32,000 nucleotides of DNA from Erysipelotrichaceae bacterium. GTDB lineage: Bacteria > Bacillota_I > Bacilli_A > Erysipelotrichales > Erysipelotrichaceae. The notes beneath the pieces are model-generated. The model was given only the letters and a program-made list of their open reading frames with translations, did no database searches and was not told where the DNA came from. The translations under genes and the position numbers were made by a program. Numbering within the stretch: position 1 is the stretch's first letter; each line of letters starts with the position of its first letter. Below are positions 27,220 to 32,000 of this stretch, piece by piece. Location of the stretch: positions 1,050,001-1,082,000 of the forward strand of contig OY760660.1 in NCBI GenBank assembly GCA_963663995.1, written 5' to 3'.

Positions 27220-28044
27220 ATGAAAACATGGTTTATAACTGGAAGTAGTACAGGAATTGGTCGTGGTATCGCTGAATCAGTTCTCGCTAAAGGTGAGCAA
27301 GCAGTTGTCACCGCACGTAACACAAAATCTTTACAGGACTTAGTGGATCGCTATCCTGATACATGTTTAGCTGTATCTTTAGAACTCAATAATTCTGAAA
27401 GCATTCAAGCATCTATCACAAAAGCATTTGATAAATTTTCTAAAATCGATGTCTTAGTTAATAATGCAGGTTATGGTTATCGTGCGGCTGTGGAAGAAGG
27501 TGAAGTGGACAAAGTAATGTCTATGTTTAATGCAAACTTCTTTGGTGCAGTTGAATTAATCAAACTTGTATTACCAAAAATGAGAGAACAAAGAAGTGGA
27601 ACGATCATAAATATTTCATCGATTGCTGCTGCTCGCACTGGCGCAGCATCTGGCTATTACGCTGCTTCAAAAGCAGCTATTGAATCATTAACTGAAGGAC
27701 TTAAAGCAGAATGTGAACCTTTAGGTATTAAAGTTATGATAGTTGAACCTGGAGCATTTAAAACTGATTTCTATGATCGCTCACTAGCTGGAACAGATAT
27801 TAAAATCGATGACTATGCAAATACAGCTGGACCTCGACGTAAAGAAAATGCGATTGATCCTAAGAACCAACCTGGTGATCCAATGAAAGCTGGACAAGTA
27901 ATTGTTGAAGTATGCGAACAAGCGAAATTACCAAAACGACTATTACTTGGATCTGATGCTTTACGTATTGTCAAAGCAGCCCTAGAAGATCGACTAAAAG
28001 AAATGGACGAATACGCTTCATACAGTCAACAAAGCGACTATTAA
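27220..28044 (+). CDS. Short-chain dehydrogenase/reductase (classical SDR)
   Basis: TGSSTGIGRG cofactor motif, NNAG, catalytic YAASK. GTAGGAG SD. Confidence 0.85.
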   Translation: MKTWFITGSSTGIGRGIAESVLAKGEQAVVTARNTKSLQDLVDRYPDTCLAVSLELNNSESIQASITKAFDKFSKIDVLVNNAGYGYRAAVEEGEVDKVMSMFNANFFGAVELIKLVLPKMREQRSGTIINISSIAAARTGAASGYYAASKAAIESLTEGLKAECEPLGIKVMIVEPGAFKTDFYDRSLAGTDIKIDDYANTAGPRRKENAIDPKNQPGDPMKAGQVIVEVCEQAKLPKRLLLGSDALRIVKAALEDRLKEMDEYASYSQQSDY

Positions 28045-28052
28045 AACTTATT

Positions 28053-28087
28053 AAAAGACATCCTAGATTGATAAGATGTCTTTTTTT
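28053..28087 (+). terminator. Bidirectional intrinsic terminator between the SDR and MATE copy 2
   Basis: AAAAGACATC-12 nt-GATGTCTTTT plus further T's on the plus strand. The complementary sense also ends in a T-rich tail. Confidence 0.7.
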
Positions 28088-28094
28088 AGGTCAA

Positions 28095-29435
28095 TTAAAC
28101 TAAACGATAGTTTGTCCATTTGTTTGAGTAATAGCGATATAGATTTATAAATATTCTTGCAGTCCAATCGACAACCATGGCATACCATAAACCATAAACA
28201 CCTAACCCCATAACAATAGAGAAGATATAAGCACTAACCATTCTAAAGACTACTGTTGAAACAATTGATGCATACATCGTGAATTTTGAATCACCAGCTC
28301 CACGAAGTGCGTTAGGTAAAACCATTGAAATTGGCCAAATAATCAACGCAAATCCGTCATGAACTAAAATCAGTTGATAAGCAATTTTAGAAATTTCAGG
28401 TGACAGATTATATAAACTCAAGATATAAGGGAGTGCAAGGGTATGAATGATAATCATTCCCCCATCGACCACATAGGTCCACTTTAAAAGTTTCTTTATA
28501 TAATATCGTGCTTGATCAAAGTCATTTGCTCCAACGACTTGGCCAACAACCGTAACCATAACTAAGTTAACAGCCAATCCAAAAGAAACGGCTATAGGGA
28601 CCACTGAGTTTACGACTCCATTAGCTGCAATATGTGTTGTTCCAAATCGAGCTAACATGGTAGCCAATAACAAACGTCCTAGGGTTAATGCACCATTTTC
28701 AATCCCATTAGGTACAGCAACAGCGACAATCTTACCAATGATTTCTTTATGGTATTCAAACATATGTTTGATCTTAATATTGAAGACATGACTTCCTCTT
28801 AATGCTAAGAAGAAGACAATGAGTGATGCCAATAAACGGCCAAAGATGGCTGACATACCAAAACCAAAGACACCTGCATGGAATACATAAATACTTAAAG
28901 CATTTCCAAAGAAAGTGAGAAAGTTCATTAAAATTGAGCTCATCATTGGAATTTTAGTATTTCCAATTGATCTGAACACTGCATTTCCTGATTGATATAA
29001 AGAATAAAACGGATATGAGAAAACAGATAAATAGAAATAAAGCGAAGCCGTACTAATAACTTCTGCATCCGCTTGCCCAAATAACAGGGTGATTATTGGT
29101 CCACTTAAAATCGCTAATACGATTGTAAACACTAAAGAAATAACGATATTAAAACTAAAGAGTTGAGCAGCTGAATGCTCAGCCATTGAATTGTTTTTAC
29201 TTCCAATATATTGTGAAATAACCACTGATCCACCAGAGGCTAAAGCAGTAAATACGAAAAACATAAAGGTATTTATCATATCGACTAACGAAACACCAGA
29301 CATCGCATTTGCACCTGCTTGGGCAATCATTAAATTTGATAGAAATATAACAGTCAACAATAATAATTGATCAACAAAAAGTGGTGCAATTAGATTCCTC
29401 AAATCCTTATTCGAAAACATATAATTTTTACTCAT
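28095..29435 (-). CDS. MATE-family efflux transporter (copy 2, more divergent)
   Basis: 446 aa, polytopic, alignable by eye to the other two MATE proteins. The start overlaps the flavodoxin stop (ATGA). Confidence 0.85.
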   Translation of the reverse strand: MSKNYMFSNKDLRNLIAPLFVDQLLLLTVIFLSNLMIAQAGANAMSGVSLVDMINTFMFFVFTALASGGSVVISQYIGSKNNSMAEHSAAQLFSFNIVISLVFTIVLAILSGPIITLLFGQADAEVISTASLYFYLSVFSYPFYSLYQSGNAVFRSIGNTKIPMMSSILMNFLTFFGNALSIYVFHAGVFGFGMSAIFGRLLASLIVFFLALRGSHVFNIKIKHMFEYHKEIIGKIVAVAVPNGIENGALTLGRLLLATMLARFGTTHIAANGVVNSVVPIAVSFGLAVNLVMVTVVGQVVGANDFDQARYYIKKLLKWTYVVDGGMIIIHTLALPYILSLYNLSPEISKIAYQLILVHDGFALIIWPISMVLPNALRGAGDSKFTMYASIVSTVVFRMVSAYIFSIVMGLGVYGLWYAMVVDWTARIFINLYRYYSNKWTNYRLV

Positions 29436-29950
29436 AGATTAATCTCCTTTAACCAATTCTTAATTTCTTGATCAGAATGTTCAACACAACTACCTTTTAT
29501 TGCCAATCCTTTTCCAATCTTAGATTTAGGACACAAACTTTTAATATCTTTAAGACTTGAACCTAATCCACTACCTTCGTGCGTACAAAGAGGATAAATT
29601 ATTTTATTTGAAAAGTTATATTTTTCTAAAAAAGTCCAAACAACCATTGGCATTGTATTCCACCAATTTGGATAAGCTAATATGATGTTTTCATATTTAT
29701 CAATTGAATCTAAATAAGTATTACAGTCAGGACGAGCATTCGAGTGAAATTCATCAGCAGATTCTTCTGTACAAACATGATAATCCTTAGAATAAGCTTT
29801 CAAACTTTCAATTTCAAAAATATCGGAATTAATCATTTCGTGAATTTTAGTTACAACCAGTTTTGTATTACCAACTTTCAAATCAACTATTCCACCTTTT
29901 GAATAATTATTACCTGCTCTTGAAAAAAATAATAGTAGTGTTTTTGACAT
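29432..29950 (-). CDS. Flavodoxin-family protein
   Basis: 172 aa with N-terminal LLLFFSRAGNN phosphate-binding-loop-like motif and a flavodoxin-like alternating pattern. Strong GGGGGAGGAG SD. Confidence 0.6.
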   Translation of the reverse strand: MSKTLLLFFSRAGNNYSKGGIVDLKVGNTKLVVTKIHEMINSDIFEIESLKAYSKDYHVCTEESADEFHSNARPDCNTYLDSIDKYENIILAYPNWWNTMPMVVWTFLEKYNFSNKIIYPLCTHEGSGLGSSLKDIKSLCPKSKIGKGLAIKGSCVEHSDQEIKNWLKEINL

Positions 29951-29962
29951 ATACTCCTCCCC

Positions 29963-31345
29963 CTATATCACTTGAAATTGGAGCCATTTTTCGCTTCTAA
30001 AACGATAAGCCATAAAGATTGCCCGTGTTGTCCAATCAACACCCATCGCTAAAGCAATTCCAATAACGCCTAAATTAAAGACAATTGCGAAAATATAAGA
30101 TAGTACAACACGTACAACAACTGTCGCAAACATTGATACTTTCATCGCAAATTTCACATCACCAGCTGCTCTAATCCCACTTGAGAATGGAGATGAGACA
30201 GGGAATACTAAGGCATTAAAACTATTATGTATTAAGACTAGAATGATAATTAAATTTTTTGTTTCAGCAGATAAGTCGTATAAATTTAAGACGAATGGAG
30301 TTGCGACTAATATCAACACGTTCCACACAACCGAACTTATATAGGTAATTCTTAAAAGCTTCAACATATAGTATTTAGCTGCCTCAATACTTTTAGCACC
30401 TAAACTTTGACCAATGACCGTAATAAAAGCTGGATTTAAGGCTACCCCAATCAAGGCTGACATCGACCAAAAGCTTTGAGCTACCCCATTTGCGGCAATT
30501 TGACTTGTCCCAAATAATGCAGTAATCGTACTTAAAGCCACTTTTGAAATTTGAAACAAACCTTGTTCAACACTATTTGGTATCGCAATATTTAAAATTC
30601 GTTTCATCATATCAGCATGCCAAGAAAAAATATGTTTAATTCTTAAGGTCACTGATTGATCAGGATTGAATGCCCAAACCACCATAATAACTGCCGCTAA
30701 GACACGTGAGATAAATGAAGGCCAAGCAACGCCAGCAACCCCTGCATGTAAAATAAAAATACCGATATAGTTTCCAATCACATTTACTAAATTCATAATC
30801 AGTGAAACATGCATTGTCTTCTTTGTTTTTCCCATACTTCTAAACATCGCAGCACTACTGTTATAAATAGCTAAAGCAGGAAAAGAGAAAGTTGTAATAC
30901 TTAAATAAGTAACACTTGCTTCCATAACGCTTGGATCAACTGTTCCAAATAGTAAACCTAAAATTTGATGATTAAAAATTAACACAAAAGCTAAGGCAAC
31001 AAATGATATAAGTGAAGAAAGCGTCAAAATTTGACTTGCGGCTATATCACTTAATTCTTTATCTCCTTTACCAACATATTGGCTGATAACTACTGCCGCA
31101 CCTGACGCCAAGGCTACAAATATATAGATGAATATTGTTATAAACATGTTTACTAAAGAGACGCCTGAAACAGCTGCTTCACCTGCATAACTAACCATTA
31201 AAGTATCAGCAATCCCGATTAACATTACCAAAAATTGTTCCACAAATAATGGGGCAATGAGATCCCATAATTTCTTATTACTAAACTTCTTTTCAGACTC
31301 AGTCACTTTTACATTTGGTTCAATCCAGTTTAATATCATTCGCAT
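29963..31345 (-). CDS. MATE-family efflux transporter (copy 3, close paralog of copy 1)
   Basis: Shares long identical runs with copy 1 (SYAGEAAVSGVSLVNMFITIF, LHAGVAGVAWPSFISRV). The start is set at the ATG at 31345, 7 nt after AAGGAG; the track start at 31366 has no SD. Confidence 0.85.
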   Translation of the reverse strand: MRMILNWIEPNVKVTESEKKFSNKKLWDLIAPLFVEQFLVMLIGIADTLMVSYAGEAAVSGVSLVNMFITIFIYIFVALASGAAVVISQYVGKGDKELSDIAASQILTLSSLISFVALAFVLIFNHQILGLLFGTVDPSVMEASVTYLSITTFSFPALAIYNSSAAMFRSMGKTKKTMHVSLIMNLVNVIGNYIGIFILHAGVAGVAWPSFISRVLAAVIMVVWAFNPDQSVTLRIKHIFSWHADMMKRILNIAIPNSVEQGLFQISKVALSTITALFGTSQIAANGVAQSFWSMSALIGVALNPAFITVIGQSLGAKSIEAAKYYMLKLLRITYISSVVWNVLILVATPFVLNLYDLSAETKNLIIILVLIHNSFNALVFPVSSPFSSGIRAAGDVKFAMKVSMFATVVVRVVLSYIFAIVFNLGVIGIALAMGVDWTTRAIFMAYRFRSEKWLQFQVI

Positions 31346-31349
31346 AAGA

Positions 31350-31382
31350 AAACTCCTTACAAACATAGTTTAAAAGAAGTTT
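31350..31382 (-). terminator. Hairpin downstream of lysR copy 2 whose 3' arm contains the MATE SD
   Basis: Minus strand: AAACTTCTT-15 nt loop-AAGGAGTTT (9 bp including one G-U) followed by TCTTATG. Same layout as 20545..20579 with a different sequence. Confidence 0.45.
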
Positions 31383-31404
31383 ATTATTATTAACACTACT
31401 TATA
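31367..31404 (-). promoter_or_regulatory. LysR-type box plus candidate promoter for MATE copy 3
   Basis: Minus strand: TATAAG-TAGTG-TTAATA overlapping a -35 TGTTAA, then a 17-nt spacer and -10 TAAACT (plus 31367..31372). Positionally equivalent to 20563..20600. Confidence 0.45.
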
Positions 31405-31424
31405 ATAAATATATTACTATACAA

Positions 31425-32000
31425 TTAATGTATAGTTTTTAAATCATTTTCAACAAATTTTATAAAGCTTTCAACACTTGGATTAAAAGTAAAATTCTTC
31501 TTATAAGCAAAAACATGTCGACTCACTCGTTCAGGTTTTAAAGGAACAAACTTTAAACCGTCAACTGGTCTCATACTAAATGCACCTTCAATGGTAAAAG
31601 GATAAGCTATATCTTTTTTAACTAATAATAATGAATTTGATAATAGATTGTGTTGAACTTTTAAATTAATATCTTTGATATCTTTCTTTAACCATTGGGC
31701 AATTTCATTTAAGACAATTGAACGATTGGTTCCAATCAAAGGTAAATTAATAATATCAATCTCATCGACTTCACCTTTAATCGATAACGGATGTTCAACA
31801 GGTAAAATAACACCCCATCTTTCTTCAATGAGTAAAGGGGAACTATGATATTTTGCAACTTCAATCGGTTCCAATAAAAACCCACAATCTATAATATTTT
31901 GATCAATTTTTTCTTTAATACCATCACCATTCCCAGTAAAGATTTCAAATCTCACATTTGGGTTATCTACTGAAAACTGTTCAATTAAACTGGCGACATA
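31425..32000 (-). CDS. LysR-family transcriptional regulator (copy 2), N-terminus beyond the window
   Basis: The C-terminal substrate-binding domain aligns by eye with copy 1 (RPVDGLKFVPLKPER vs RPVDGLSFVPFKPEK). The frame stays open from 31955 to position 32000, so the track's GTG start is internal. Confidence 0.8.
   Translation of the reverse strand, partial: YVASLIEQFSVDNPNVRFEIFTGNGDGIKEKIDQNIIDCGFLLEPIEVAKYHSSPLLIEERWGVILPVEHPLSIKGEVDEIDIINLPLIGTNRSIVLNEIAQWLKKDIKDINLKVQHNLLSNSLLLVKKDIAYPFTIEGAFSMRPVDGLKFVPLKPERVSRHVFAYKKNFTFNPSVESFIKFVENDLKTIH

Overview
This is a visibly AT-rich, Bacillota-like chromosomal segment (GC not computed) with almost all genes on the minus strand. I saw no rRNA, tRNA, CRISPR array, IS element or integrase. 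Left part (1-15 kb): a 5'-truncated GNAT gene, an LtaS-family membrane sulfatase-like gene and an orphan AAA ATPase (DUF4143 type). Next comes a tightly coupled five-gene polyamine operon: speA-type arginine decarboxylase, speE, an agmatinase-family gene, carboxy(nor)spermidine dehydrogenase and decarboxylase. A roughly 250-nt structured leader ending in an intrinsic terminator precedes it. A GH13 enzyme, DUF1697, a PHP phosphoesterase and a DUF3737-PatB pair follow. Right part (15-32 kb): a dense oxidoreductase and efflux island. It holds four aldo/keto reductases (one a pseudogene with two in-frame stops), an iron-sulfur flavoprotein-like protein, an NTF2-like protein, an Fe-alcohol dehydrogenase and an alpha/beta hydrolase. 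It also holds an NmrA-like protein, an SDR, an MFS transporter, three MATE transporters, a flavodoxin, one MerR regulator and two paralogous LysR regulators. The main finding is read directly from the sequence. Six minus-strand promoters have the form TTGACN-19 bp-TAnnnT with a dyad inside the 19-bp spacer, which is the MerR-activator architecture, and a seventh copy of the dyad lies next to the merR gene. The dyads fall into two classes, and only one MerR gene is in the window. Secondary findings: the polyamine leader is an unclassified candidate riboswitch or attenuator; two diverged LysR-MATE cassettes conserve a box/promoter/SD-hairpin layout; and the polyamine operon mixes SpeE with the CASDH/CASDC route and has no SAM decarboxylase. 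All functional calls rest on by-eye family and motif recognition. No database search was run.
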